A stretch of DNA of 64,000 bases, from assembly GCA_038087875.1 (NCBI GenBank), contig CM075977.1, forward strand, positions 37,820,001 through 37,884,000, in the 5' to 3' direction. Source of the DNA: Malacoraja senta. Its lineage: Eukaryota. Below are positions 13,000 through 25,345 of this stretch, in pieces. The position numbers and the translations under genes are program-made. Each line of letters starts with the position of its first letter. The first letter of the stretch is position 1. The notes beneath the pieces are model-generated. The model worked only from the letters and a program-made list of their open reading frames with translations, searched no databases and had not been told where the DNA came from.

Positions 13000-13170
13000 G
13001 CCTCATAATTGTGAGATGCGAGTTCAAATCCTATGGTGAATGTTTACAATCTAATGATTAGTCTTTGCAATGATGACTGTGAAACTATTGGATTGTTTTA
13101 AAAACACATCTATTTATTTAATGTCCCTCAGAGGAAGGAGTCTACCAGTCTTATCCAGTTTGGTTATGTG
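13000..13170 (+). mobile_element. Old SINE-like repeat (related copies ~21770-21960 and ~52150-52470)
   Basis: GTTCAAATCC B-box-like start; shared GA...TGAAAC / AGGAAGGAA.TC / TGTGAC.CCAG motifs among the three copies. Confidence 0.45.
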
Positions 13171-13264
13171 ATAGCAAATCTTTTAAATTTCAGATTTCTT
13201 TACAAGCCATAGGGCAACCTACTTATTTAAAGGCAACTTATTCTCTCTCAAATGCACATCAACG

Positions 13265-13465
13265 TCACTCTGATTCCCCTACCACCCACTTGCGTATGGG
13301 TAATTTACAATGGCCAATTAACCTGTTTTTGGGACATAGAAGTAAACCGAAGCATCTGGAAGGAGAATTTGCAAAGTACACATAGTCAATCATAGAGGCT
13401 AGGAATAAATCCAGGAGACTGAGTTTAAGGCTCAGTTGCACGACATGTAGTGCCACTGTTGCTGC
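13265..13465 (-). mobile_element. tRNA-SINE fragment (HE1-like)
   Basis: GCCAATTAACCT and AAACCGAAGCA motifs shared with other copies. Confidence 0.55.
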
Positions 13466-13579
13466 TCTGATCTGGTTGCCTTTAACTGTCCACCTGCCAA
13501 AATATGACTCATAGCCAGATAACATTCACCACTCATGACTTGGCCTTGCATTCTGTGCAATATGGAGCCATGTCAAAAA

Positions 13580-14060
13580 TTAGTCATAGACTCATGGAGT
13601 TGTACAGCATGGAAACGGGCCCTTCAGCCCAAGTCATCCATGCCGATAATGTTGCTTAGCTGAGCCAGTCTCTTCGGTCTGCATTTGGCCCAAATTCCTC
13701 TTAAACATTCCTATCCATGATCTTGTCTAATTGTCTTTTAGATGTCATTGAACTTGCCTCTGCCATTTCCTCTGGATGCTTGTTCCACACATCTACCACC
13801 TTCTGTGTGAAATAATTGCCTCTCAGATCCCCTTTAAATCTTTCCCATGTCACCTTGAACATGCTATATAGTCATCCCCTAGCCTATGCTCCAGGAAAAA
13901 AAGTTCCAGTCTATCCTGCCTCTCCTTATAATTCAAGCCCTCCAGTCCCATTAACATCCTGTGAAACCTTTTCACACCGTTTCCAGCTTAGTGACGTCCT
14001 TCCTACAACATGCTGACCAGAACTGCACACAATACTCCAAGTACAGTTTCACCAACATCT
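13580..14060 (-). mobile_element. CR1 3' fragment, old
   Basis: CAGAACTGCACACAATACTCCA and 3' UTR GGAAAC.GGCCCTTCAGCCCA. Confidence 0.75.
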
Positions 14061-14261
14061 TATTATTTTAGTCCGGTGACTAATTTGATTTAAAGGCTAT
14101 TAACTAATTGTTTTTCTGCAGTAGGACTCAAAATTTTGCAGTTCAGTAGAAAACGTGTATCAATTTACATGGTACTTTGCATATTTCATGCATATAATAC
14201 CATGTGCTGATTTTCAAGTTTGAGACTTCTGTCCAGCTATGTGACCTGAGGGCTTATTCCA

Positions 14262-14395
14262 AGCTGAGGAAGGGTCTCGACTCGAAATGTCACCTATTCG
14301 TTTTCTCCGGAGATGCTGCCTGATCTGTTGAGTTACTCCAGCATTTTATGTCTATCTAAGGTATAAACCAGCATCTGTCCATCCTTCCTACACAT
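14262..14395 (+). repeat. Short Penelope-type repeat with hammerhead-core-like motif
   Basis: CTGAGGA-AGGGTCTCGACTC-GAAATGTCACC followed by GATGCTGCCTGA..GAGTTACTCCAGCA. Confidence 0.6.
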
Positions 14396-14944
14396 CCTGT
14401 GATGTTTTATTCTATCTACTATGCCTCTTCCTTTGCCCTTTCCCCAATCACATGTCTATTTATTCATGTATTCTTTCCCAGGCAACATCTTGATGATTCT
14501 GCTCTCCACTCTCTCCAGTGCAACTAGATCTGAAGCCATCATGGAATCTGTTCACATAGTTTCTGCATTTTGTTTCAGATCTGACGTGGTACTTGTGACA
14601 AACCAGCAGTAACTTTCAAACTTCAGTACCAGTAGTGGGTAGAATTGAGACTGGTTTCACTTTCTTACCACCTGGCCTGGAGTGAATATTTGCCATACAC
14701 CCAAACTGTAGTTGGAATCAGAACAAATGAGCAGAAATCAAGAATGGTTTGCAGCATATTGTTGGCTTGCCAAACGGGGGGGAAAGATGAACTTGCATTT
14801 TTATTCCATCAGTCACAATCTCGGGATGGCTTTGAAGTTAATCAAGCTGTTATGGAGGCATGAGATTGCAGATACCAGAATATAGAGGATCTGCTGGAGG
14901 ATCCTTTCCTCCACAAATATGATATTCGACCCACTATGTGCCTC

Positions 14945-15050
14945 CAGCATGTTGTTTTTTTAAGCACTGTTATGCTCCAGGAACAGTGGCAGAGAATTTG
15001 CACAGAAGTCTCAAAAACAGCCATGTGATGAATGACCAGATCATCTGTAT
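14945..15050 (-). mobile_element. Deu-type SINE remnant
   Basis: Similar to 58440-58570 (AATTTG..CACAG.AAG.TC.CA.AA.CAGC...GTGAT.A.T.ACCAGA). Confidence 0.45.
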
Positions 15051-16288
15051 TGAAAGCTATAATAGTCTTTCTCTTCCACTCACAAACTTTCTTCCTAATG
15101 ACATTTCTTACCACTTCAGTAAAAATAAATATTCTGGGAATGTGCAGAAGTCATGGAGCATCTGTGAAGAGAGAGTTAATATTACAGGTTGACCTGTTAT
15201 CAGAACTTTTATATCCAGCTGGGAGGTTGGATGGGTTCTGGGATAAAATAATCAAAAGTTTATGGTTATTGTTTTTTTATCTCCTCACTACATCATGTTG
15301 AGGGAAAGGACTGTTCCATTGGATCTGTATTGCCATTGTGTGTGAGGGTTAATCCTCCAAATTCCAACTCTCAAAAGACAATCGTAAAAAAAATTGGGTG
15401 GATCTGATAGAAATTGAGGTGTTGGCTGGCAGATTGTACCTGACCTCTGGGTCTCTGGCCATCTCTCTTAGAGAAATGTATAAGTACCAACAGAGATCGA
15501 CCAATTCCAATGGAAAAAAATAGAATTTTTGCCTTTCAGGGAGTGCTTACTGTCAGAGGTACCACCTGAAACATCCAGTCAGAATCTATCTTTTCACCTG
15601 CATGCATACAAGAAATTCCAACTCACGGTTTTAACCCCTCAAGCAACAATATCTGGCCATGACCACACTGCTCTTTGTACAAGTTGCCTGCCTATTTACC
15701 TGCTTTTGGCTGTAACATTGAGGCCTTGCTCCTTGAGATCCTACTCCAGTCTACTGTATTTGGTTTGGATTGAAGGATGTTGTGTTCTTGCTGCAAGTTG
15801 TCTGCAGTAAGGATGGAGATTATATGCAAATATAATGATGGAGGCACAACCAAGAAGACTCCTTTAGAATAGATAAGAATTGTTCAAATTCTTGTTCCTG
15901 GCCACTTCCAAACTCACTTCTTGCGTTGTTATTTACAATTCTAGCATTTTGTGTACCATTTCAAACTGTGGTGTTTTTGGCTCTTTCACCAGAAAACACA
16001 ATAATAAACTTTCTGCCACTTTTACCAATAATAAAGTTGTCTTCTGCTAAATTGATAATGGTCTTGTCACTATTTCTTTGCAGCAATGGGTGCAAATGTA
16101 ACTCTTCCAAAGAACTGACAAAGATACCATGGGCAAAATAGCATTTATGCTGCAGCTTTCAATAACTCATTCAGTGATGAAGTTATGTTTAGAAGATGAG
16201 ACACTACATGAAGCTCCATCTCCCCAAATCAGGAGTCTAGGAAAATCTTTTAAGAATATTGTGTATTCAATAGTTGTTGAGTTGTTGG

Positions 16289-17132
16289 TGAGCGGGTGGC
16301 GCCGCGCGCGGCGGCCTCGCCAGCAGTTTGTCCGTCCTTTCACCCTTTTTGTTGTTTTTAGTCTGTCCAAAAAGTATGTTTTTGGAGGTTTCTTAGTCTT
16401 TTTTATGTGGGGGGGGGGTGGGGGGGGTGGGAGGGGGAAGAGGGGAAACCATTTCCCAGTCACTACCTGGTCAAGGATGCGTCTTTTCTCCTGGTCACAT
16501 CTTCGCCACCCTCCCCCCTCACGGCCTACCATCTGGATTGGCGCGGCCTTTCCTGCCGGAGACCGGCCAGAGCTTCAGCAGTGGCACAGCACTGAATTCC
16601 ATTGCGGAGTGAGTGATGCCTCTCCGGGATCGCCTGTTGGAGCTCCGGAGTTTTGGGCCTGCTGTTTAACATCGTGGAGTTGTGGTCTGCGGAGCTTCCA
16701 GCCGCGGGCGGCACTGACTTTAACATCGCGGAGTCCTGGGATCCTTTGCCGAGGGTTGAATCTCCGCCCAGCTCGGCCTGTGGACTTCGGGAGCCGCGGT
16801 CTCCGGTAGGAAGTGGCCGATTTGGAAACTCCAAGCCGCTGAGTGCGTTCTTCCGTTCCGACGTCAGAGTTCCATCATCCCGGCGAGAGGGCCTGTACAT
16901 CGGGGCATCCGTAGCGGCGACTGCGGAGGGTTCAAAGGCCCCGACCACGGGTGAACAATGAGGAAGATGACTGCACTTTATTGCCTTCCCTCACAGTTGA
17001 TTCTGCTGTGGGGGGATGTTTATGTTAAATTCTATCGTGTATTGTGTTCTTTTTTATTCGTATGGCTGTATGGTAACTCAAATCTCACTACCAATTGGTG
17101 CATGTGACAATAAATGTAACTTGAACATGAAC
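16289..17132 (+). mobile_element. Non-autonomous retroposon with GC-rich body and Rex1/Babar-like 3' tail
   Basis: TTGTTGG direct repeat at 16282-16288 and 17133-17139; ends CATGTGACAATAAA + (ACTTGA)n; no credible ORF. Confidence 0.8.
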
Positions 17133-18710
17133 TTGTTGGCTGGTGAATGAAAACAATCTTTGGATCTCTGACCAAATCTCTTTGATTAATGTGTATGCAC
17201 CAATATATGTTGACTAATTCTATTAACAAGGACAAATGATCGAGTTAGTGATATCGGCTTTCAATACTCTGGGCAAAATCCATTTCTCAATGCCTGATAT
17301 AAAATTATCCTCCTAGGTCTTCTTCCAGCAGTTTTGCTGGTGTACAGCAACAATTGATATAGCACTGTGCATAGAATAATTCATCATGCACAGTGTTTTA
17401 AGACTTTTGACGTGATAAGCACAAATGCAAACCTTGTGTTTTCATAAGCCCAGTGTATAAATAATAATGGAGCAAGCTCAACTGGTTCAGTTTAGAAACT
17501 GAATTCACCACAGATTTAATGAGCAAATTTGTCAAGGCAAATACTCCTTGAGACATGGAACTGAATGAAAAATAGTTTTCTAAGTGGCTGCAGATGTTGA
17601 TTTGTGGGTGGAAGCCTCATAAGTCTCCCTTGAATCATTTGTTGTTTTTACTTTGTTTTTTGGGGGCTGTACTGTACATTGATAGCAGTAGTAGGAAAAT
17701 CCTTTATTGTTTTTGTCGATTTTACTGAGGGGCCATCCTGTTATTGCAATGCGCTGAAATTAATTGTTTATAAAAGGCATTATGTAGGGGATTTTGCATT
17801 CTAGTTTGTTTGAACCTCAGACATCTTTTTGTGGAAAGTTAGGAAATGCAATGCAGGCTGATGAATTCTGCAGAAGTAATTTAGCATTCATTAAGTTTAA
17901 GGAGGCAGGTTTGGATTACAGACAAACTGTTCCACAGGAAGCCAGTGTACATTACACTTTTGGCATTTACATATTTTGGGCCTTATATACTTCAATAAAA
18001 TCTCCTCTTATTATTTTGGACTCTAATGCGTGTTGGTCAAGTAGCAATATCATTTAGGAGAGCCCGGACCTCAGGGGCTCAGAATGAGCACTGGGTGAGG
18101 TAGAACTGTCATCTTGTGGGCATCGACATTTTGGGAGCACAAAGGGTAGTTGGGCCCATTAGAATTCCACAGCAATGTTTTGGAGTTGGAAGGTCTTGGT
18201 AAGATAATAAAGAGATCTATCTTTATCTCAATCCACAGAGGATGACAGCCAGATAAATTGTCTCCTGTTTAAATTAAACAGAAACTGGCCTCACCTATGT
18301 TATGGAAATGTGTCTGCTTGAGCCACCTACGCCGCTGATCATAAGTCCTTCCTCTACAGTGGTTATGTGGGAGTACCATGTGTTTATTTTGGAAATTTTC
18401 TCCTCAGTGGATTGCACCCTGTACTTACACCTTGAAATGTGTTTTAAAAGAGTCCTGTTATAAAGAGAAACAAAATCTCCCACAACTGAATATTCTTCTT
18501 CTGTTAATTGAGCATAAATGATGGGTTGAATTATACAAAATTGAGATTTCTTAACACCTCGAAGATGCTAAAGATGCTAAAAAGGCATTTTTCATAGTTT
18601 GTTCTGCTGCAAATTGTTTCTTAAAAAAATAAATACTGGTATCCTTATGTTATGTCGGCCTTCCCGAGTCTTTAGAGGATATTTCACAATCCCTTGTTCA
18701 TTACTCCTTA

Positions 18711-19007
18711 TACATAACCATATATAACCATATAACCATATAACCATTACAGCACGGAAACAGGCCATCTCGGCCCTTCAAGTCCGTGCCGAACATTAAA
18801 AATTTTTTTTTTTTTTTAAATAAATACTTCCCCCTAGTCCCATCTACCTGCACTCAGACCATAACCCTCCATTCCTTTCCCATCCATATACCCATCCAAT
18901 CTATTTTTAAAGGATAAAATCGAACCAGCCTCCACCACTTCCACTGGAAGCTCATTCCACACAGCTGCCACTCTCTGAGTAAAGAAGTTCCCCCTAATGT
19001 TACCCCA
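18711..19007 (-). mobile_element. CR1 3' fragment, (TTATATGG)n-tail subfamily
   Basis: (CCATATAA)n then CAGCACGGAAACAGGCC; same family as 34327-34472. Confidence 0.8.
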
Positions 19008-19009
19008 TG

Positions 19010-19830
19010 ACCTTCACTCTACTCCCAACCTCCCACTGCCCCCTATCTACTGCTCTCTGCCCATTGCCCACTACTCAGTGGCCTCTGCCCTTATTTTTCA
19101 TTAACCATTGGTTCCTGTGCACTTCCCGTTACCCATTGCTCCCTGACCTCTGCCCCCTGTCCATTGCCCTATGTCCTTTGTCACTGCCCTCTGCCCTCTG
19201 TCCATTCCCCTTTAGCCTCAGTCCACTTGCCTCTGCACACTGCCCTTTGCCCTCTGTCCACTTCCCTCTATACACTGGGGCGGCATGGTGGCACAGCGTT
19301 GTACATTTGTACGTTCTCCTCGTGACCTGGGTAGGTTTTCTCCGGGTGCTCCGGGTTCCTCCCACACTCCAAAAACATACAGGTTTATAGGTTAATTGGC
19401 TTAGGTAAAGATTGTAAGTTGTCCCTGGTGTGTAGGACACTGTAGTGTATGGGGCACAGATCGGCACAGGACAGAAGGGCCTGTTTCTGCGCTGTATCTC
19501 TAAACTCCAAGCTAAATTGAACACTTCCTTCCACATCTTTCGCTCTGTCCACTGTTCTGCACATTACCCTCTGTCCACTTCCCACTGCCTTCTGTCCATT
19601 GCTCTCTGCCATCAATCTGCCCTTTACCATCTGTCCACTGCCTTTGGTCCACACCCTGCCTACTCCCTAAGACTACTGCTCTTTGCCCACTATATATTGC
19701 CATCTGCCCACTCTACACTACCCTTTATTTGCAGACATCCCTCCTTTTGCCCCCTGTTCACCAATCTCCACTACTGCTCACTTTCCCATGCCCTGTCTCT
19801 GCCCCCCCCCCCCCCCCCCCCCCCACCCCA
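19010..19830. repeat. Pyrimidine-rich degenerate (CTGCCCTCTGTCCA-like) low-complexity tract interrupted by a SINE
   Basis: Repeated CTGCCC/TCTGTCC motifs; poly-C run at 19802-19824. Confidence 0.7.
19277..19520 (+). mobile_element. tRNA-SINE (HE1-like) with internal deletion
   Basis: GGGGCGGCATGGTGGCACAGCG head; GGTTTTCTCCGGGTGCTCCGG core; GCTGTATCTCTAAAC tail. Confidence 0.8.
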
Positions 19831-22410
19831 CTCTCACAGTACAAAATCTCCACTAGAGTGTATCTTAAATGTTTAGGCGTTGTAAAGGGGGGGCACCCTC
19901 TGAATGAGAGGTGGAAACAGATACTATAATAACTTTAAAAAAGGAGTTAAGTGTATGTATGAAGAGAAATGTTTCAGGAACATTCGAGGAAGGAGAATAT
20001 GAGTGTATCTAACTGGATAGATCTATAAGATCAATGATACCGGGACAATGGGCAATAGGGCCTTCATCTGTGCTATGTCATAGTTTGAGAATAATGTACT
20101 CAGGACAATATTTATCAGCAGTTAGCAATGAAAGAATAATATTTAACAACCTCCTGTGATCATTCACTGGGTTCAGTTTGGCTGTTGCAAAATGTCAAAT
20201 TATGTTCCTGTTCACTCACCTACTACTTGGCAAGACACAGTACAAATACAAACCCTTTGGTAAGACTGCAAAATTACTTGTGCTCTCAATCATAGCCTCT
20301 GGAATTCTAGCCTCCATGAGAAATCCATGGAGTTCATATCAAAGGAACAATACTTGGAAGGATCAGTCAATTGTGTCAATAAATGGCACAGAATGTTGTT
20401 ATTCCACAATAATATCAGCACTGTGCTGAGCTGAGGCTTTATAGGACATTGGTGAGGCCACATTTAGAATATTGTGAGCAGTTTCGAGCCCCAACACTTT
20501 TCCAACACGGCCTATCACCTTCCAAACCATGGCATTTCAAATTCTTATTTAAATCTACGAGTTTATTCCACAGTAGAATTTGTCAATACTTTCCATTTAC
20601 GAATTTGATAATTTCCTGGTTAGACAGTATATGGCCGGTTTAAGCTTTGTTTAGAACGATTTACAAATAAATTAAATGGCTATCTATTTCTATAAAACTG
20701 CCTTTGTCCAAAAATTAGAGTTTCTTCTAAATAATAGGATGTGAATCTGAAAATAAAAATTGTAATGCAGCTGCAATTTTTTATCATATCCCACTGTATA
20801 AGTACAGTATGTGACGGTTAAATTTATCTTTTAATCTCCTTGAGCATTTTGCAAGATTTCGGTAATTCCTTTCTCACTTTGTCATCCTAATTCATTGTGG
20901 TACAACTACTTCTCAGTTCATAGTTTCAGTTTGAGATCTCGACATGATAGTGCAGGCATATTACTGAGTGACTGATAACCAAAAAGAGTCATAACAAAAC
21001 AAGCTTGTTTGCACAAAAAACATGGTGTCAATGCTTTGCACAGAAGGGAAAGGACTTGTACAAGGCACTCTGCGATAGAAAATCCACTTAACTGGATCGG
21101 GGCATTCCAGTACTTCCAGAATGTGGAAGACTTTGGAATTTGAACTTTCCCTTTTTCTTTGTAAATGGCGCCAAAATATGGCAACTGTGCAATTGTGGGT
21201 TGTGCAAAAGAATTTCACATTGCTGTGCATACATGACAATGAAGAACCATTGAACACAACTGGGGAAGTGCAATTCAGCCAGGGATGTGTCAAGATTCTG
21301 GACCTAAGCCTTTCTCACAAAGTGTCCATTCCAAATAAACCGAGCAGAAGATCCACATCCATAGGATGCTTTCACCACAGCTCTGCAGTTTTTCATTCAC
21401 ATCTACCTCATGTGTCCCCCATCTCCATCCCAAAGTCCTTGAACAAGCTGTCACACTGGATTCTGTGGTTCTGTCTCTTACAGTCATTTAAACTCCAGTC
21501 AGGCTTACTCTGCACTGAAGTGACTCGAACCAAACTTCCAAAGAAAGTTGTGGATGCAGAACTGAAGGGGTGTAAATGTTTAAAGGTTCAAAGGCAAGAA
21601 GGAGATACTGATGTAGAGCAGGTCCAAGGATAATTCATACACCAATGTCATCAGTTCTGAGCCTTTTTCTAAGAATTGCACAGATTTGCCCTTCATGACC
21701 TGAGGTGTCCTCTTTAGGTTTATAGTAACATGTCGGCCTGTAAATCTAGAGTTCTGGTTTAATGATCAGGAAGCGTGATTTAAAGTTCCACCATGATAGC
21801 CATTCAGTCAAATAAATATGGGTGCAAAACTGGTATCATTAAAATTACGATGAAACACTGTCATTAAGAATACACTCAAGGGAATCTGGCAAGTTTACCT
21901 TATCAAATCTGCATGTGACCCCAGAACCATAGGGCTTATCTTTGTCACCCTGTAAAATGTCAGCCATTTCCAAAGACCACAGAAGAGTTATTAGTTTATA
22001 GAGTCAATATCATATCTATCTATATACTATTAAAACTGTGTGTGTGTGTGGATGTGTGTGTGGATGTGTTTATTTATTTGTGGGTGTCACATTTGGCCTT
22101 TGATTCCTTGCTCCACCAAAACCACACGCGAAAACTCCGCGATTTTTTCCATTATGCTAGACATTACACTTTTACATACCCTAACACACTCCTTATTAGA
22201 TTTAGACATTTTTATGTCCCCCCCCCACCCCCCCCCCCCCCCCCCCCACCCACCTCACTCGCTCATTTTGTCTCCTCCTGCTGGCCAGCCACCATAACGG
22301 CTGCTGCCGACCAGCTCTGCTCCAAAAACGCCGCAAATTTCTTTCTTTCGCTAGCGATTTTCGCCCCGGGGCTGAAGCGCGTTCGGGGTCCAGCACCAAC
22401 GTGTCTGCTC

Positions 22411-22614
22411 NNNNNNNNNNNNNNNNNNNNNNNNNNNNNNNNNNNNNNNNNNNNNNNNNNNNNNNNNNNNNNNNNNNNNNNNNNNNNNNNNNNNNNNNNN
22501 NNNNNNNNNNNNNNNNNNNNNNNNNNNNNNNNNNNNNNNNNNNNNNNNNNNNNNNNNNNNNNNNNNNNNNNNNNNNNNNNNNNNNNNNNNNNNNNNNNNN
22601 NNNNNNNNNNNNNN
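22411..22614. other. Assembly gap
   Basis: N run. Confidence 1.
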
Positions 22615-22895
22615 TCTTTGATTCGTTACTCCACCAAAACCAGACACAAAAACGCCGAGCTCTCCTCCAAAAACGGCGAGATTTTTCCCATTTCGCTAGC
22701 GATTTTACTTCCTCCACTCCCCCCCCCCCCCCCCCCCCCCGGCCCGGCTCTGTCATGCTGGCCGAAGCCAAAGATCGCCTGCTCCCCCCACTGCTTTTCG
22801 CCGTCCTCGCTGGCTTGCACTGTCTGAAAACCTCGCGCGTCAACGGCCTGTCGGCCCGCAGGTGCATTGTGGCCGTACCCAGCGTCCCGATGGGT

Positions 22896-23000
22896 GTACG
22901 CAGCGTCTTAACGTTTTACGCAGCGTCTTGACGTCGTACGCAGCGTCTTGACGTCGTACACAGCATCTTGATGTCGTACGCAGCGTCTTGACGGCGTACG
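22896..23000 (+). repeat. 20-bp minisatellite (GTACGCAGCGTCTTGACGTC), ~5 copies
   Basis: Direct tandem copies. Confidence 0.9.
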
Positions 23001-23096
23001 CCTAGCGCGTGGCGTTGCGCGATGACATCAGGCCGCCCCCTCCCCTTGCAACCGCGCGTTGCGGGAACAGACCCAACGGGTCTGCACTTGGTCTAG

Positions 23097-24238
23097 TAAT
23101 TATTAAAAGTCCGATCTTGTACGTGTGTATATGTGTGTGTGCATATATGTGTTCAAGAAGGAACTCTCAGTCTGAAGAAGGGTTTCGGCCCGAAACTTTG
23201 CCGACATCAGTCTGAAGAAGGGTTTCGGCCTGAAACGTTGCCTCATTCCTTCGCTCCATAGATGCTGCTGCACCCGCTGAGTTTCTCCAGCACTTTTGAC
23301 TACCTTTGTGCATATATGTAGTTGTCTTTACATCTTTGCAAAAACACTAGGCAGTAACTATTACATTTTTACATATCCCGATTGACATTTTTACGTCGAG
23401 GCCGGGAACACCTTATCTGAACATTTTTTGCTTTATTTCTCGACTTATTCATGACTCATTACTGATTAAAAGTCTAAAAAAGTCAAAAGACTTTGAAATT
23501 AAAACGACTGATGACGTCACAATGGCTCAGCTAGCAGTGATCAGCCTCAATGGAGATTTCATTCAATATTTGACACATTATTCGTGATTAAAGCTTTAAA
23601 AATGCCAACTTTCACAAGATTTTTACATATTCTGATTCACATTTTTCCCCTCCAGGCCGAGATCACCCTCACTGAACATTTTATGCTTTATTTCTCGACT
23701 TGTTACTGATTAAAAGTAAGAAGTTTAATGACATCAAAAGACTTTGAATTTAAAACGACCAGCTTTCACTGATGACGTCACAATGGTTCAGCTAGCAGTG
23801 ATCATCTTCACTGAAGATTTCATCCTATATTTGACAAGTTATTCGCAATTAAAGCTTTAAAAATGCCAACTTTCACAAGATTTTTACATATTCTGATTCA
23901 CATTTTTCCCCTCTAGGCATAGATCACTTTCACTGAACATTTTATGCTTTATTTCTTGACTTATTACGGATTAAAGTTTAACAATATCAAAAATCAAAAT
24001 GACCAGCTTCAACTGATGATGTCACAATGGCTCAGCTAGCAGGGGGAGGGCGAATTGCTATTGCAACACGCAGGGCAAGTGCAATTGGAATTTTTTTTAA
24101 AGAGCACTGCTGAGGGAGGCAAGGGGAGTGCTGAAATCTTATGTTCGGGAATAGCTTGAGTTGGAGGGCCACACCTCCCGTTGGGGCTACGGGTAGGGTA
24201 CGAGTGTGTTGGGGGAGCAGACCCAACGCACTTGGTCT
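23097..24238 (+). mobile_element. Non-autonomous Helitron module 2 with three ~250-bp internal repeats
   Basis: Starts TAATTATTAAAAGT (missing TCTA probably at 22015-22018); GATGA(C/T)GTCACAATGG.TCAGCTAGCAG recurs at ~23510, 23771 and 24015; ends CAGACCCAAC[6-bp deletion]GCACTTGGTCT. Confidence 0.8.
23151..23306 (+). mobile_element. 156-bp Penelope-type short insertion with two tandem hammerhead-core motifs
   Basis: 13-bp TSD TGTGCATATATGT (23138-23150, 23307-23319); CTGAAGA-stem-GAAA twice, 40 bp apart. Confidence 0.8.
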
Positions 24239-24444
24239 CCTATTATACTAAAACTCTTCCCTTTGTTCTCAACAATCTAAATTTCTGTGTGTATGCAGGG
24301 TTGTGTTGGGTTTCTTTTAATCTCTTCCAAAACACTTGGCCACAGCCTTCCCATTTTCACCCATGCTACTCACATTTTTTCCCTCGAAGGGATAAACATC
24401 TTTCCGTCGCATTCCAACCTATATTTCCAAAGTATTTAAAGTTT

Positions 24445-24778
24445 TATTTATATATTTATTTAATTCTTTATTTCGAACAGAATAAAAGAATAAAAAAGCA
24501 AGTGTGAAACAGCATACAAAAAACAAAACAAGAATATTTATAAAGTGTCATAAACAATATCTATAAATAAATGAAATCGTATGTGCCCGAAAAGGAGCAG
24601 GAAGAAGCCAAAGCTTATTAATTCCCACCCCATATTCAACTGCTTATAATTATCTGATACAAATTTAGCAGCTATATGTACACCATATGTACACCAGCAG
24701 CTATATGTACACCACATTATTTACATTTATACACTAATCAAATATTTACAAACCAAAAACAAAAAAAGAGAAAAAGAG
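24445..24778 (-). mobile_element. AT-rich LINE 3'-UTR fragment (L2/Crack-like) nested in module 3
   Basis: TTTATTTCGAACA...CGAAAAGGAGCAGGAAGAAG motif; AGTTT on both flanks. Confidence 0.45.
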
Positions 24779-25009
24779 AGTTTAATCGTTTATTTCCAAA
24801 ATTAACTACTTTTCAGTGGGAGACTCTTGCAGCACTTTCCATTGATGATGTCACAGTGCCATCTCACAGACGTCCAATCACAATGGATCTCATTTATATA
24901 TGACATCACAATGGGACAGGGATGGGAGATTGCAACCTTCACATTTTTCCACGAGTGTGATCAACCTAACGTGCACAATTAAATGAGTTAAAATAGAACA
25001 AGTTATCCT

Positions 25010-25345
25010 CCCCTCCCTCTAAACCCCCCTCCCTCTCTACCCCCCTCCCTATCTCCCCCTCCCTCTCTACATCCCTCCCTATCTACCCCCTCTGTCTCTA
25101 TTCCCCACCCTCTCTGCCCCCCCCTCCTGTCTGCCCTCCCCCTCCCTCTCTGCCCCCTCCCTGCCCCCTCCCTCTCTGCCCCCTTCCGTCTCTGCCCCCT
25201 CCATCTCTGCCCCCTCCCTCTCTGCCCCCTCCCTCTCTGCCCCCCCACTCCCTCTCTGCCCTCCCTACCTCTCTGCCCTCCTCTCCCTCTCTGCTCCCCC
25301 TCCCTCTCTGCACCCCCCTCCCTCTCTGCCCCCCCCCCTCTCTAG
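25010..25345. repeat. (CCCCTCCCTCTCTGC)n-like simple repeat
   Basis: Tandem C-rich units; similar units at 34131-34185. Confidence 0.85.

Larger units (their letters stand above)
22019..23096 (+). mobile_element. Non-autonomous Helitron module 1 (contains assembly gap)
   Basis: Starts TCTATATACTATTAAAACT after an A; ends hairpin CAGACCC-AAC-GGGTCTG (23068-23084) + CACTTGGT-CTAG, followed by T. Confidence 0.85.

Noticed and set aside
14842-15301. Cluster of 84-90 aa ORFs as possible exons
   Set aside because: No recognisable protein; overlaps a Deu-type SINE remnant
16129-16961. 226-aa and overlapping ORFs
   Set aside because: Run across the boundary of a GC-rich repeat; no domain motif
18057-18094. 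Collagen-like GEPGPQGLR between AG and GTGAGG
   Set aside because: Only three Gly-X-Y triplets, asymmetric 37-nt exon, weak pyrimidine tract, no companion exons
21121-21633. 170-aa ORF
   Set aside because: Spans LINE-tail remnants; no recognisable domain or splice context
22042-22931. ORFs of 176-261 aa
   Set aside because: Length inflated by the N gap and poly-C runs
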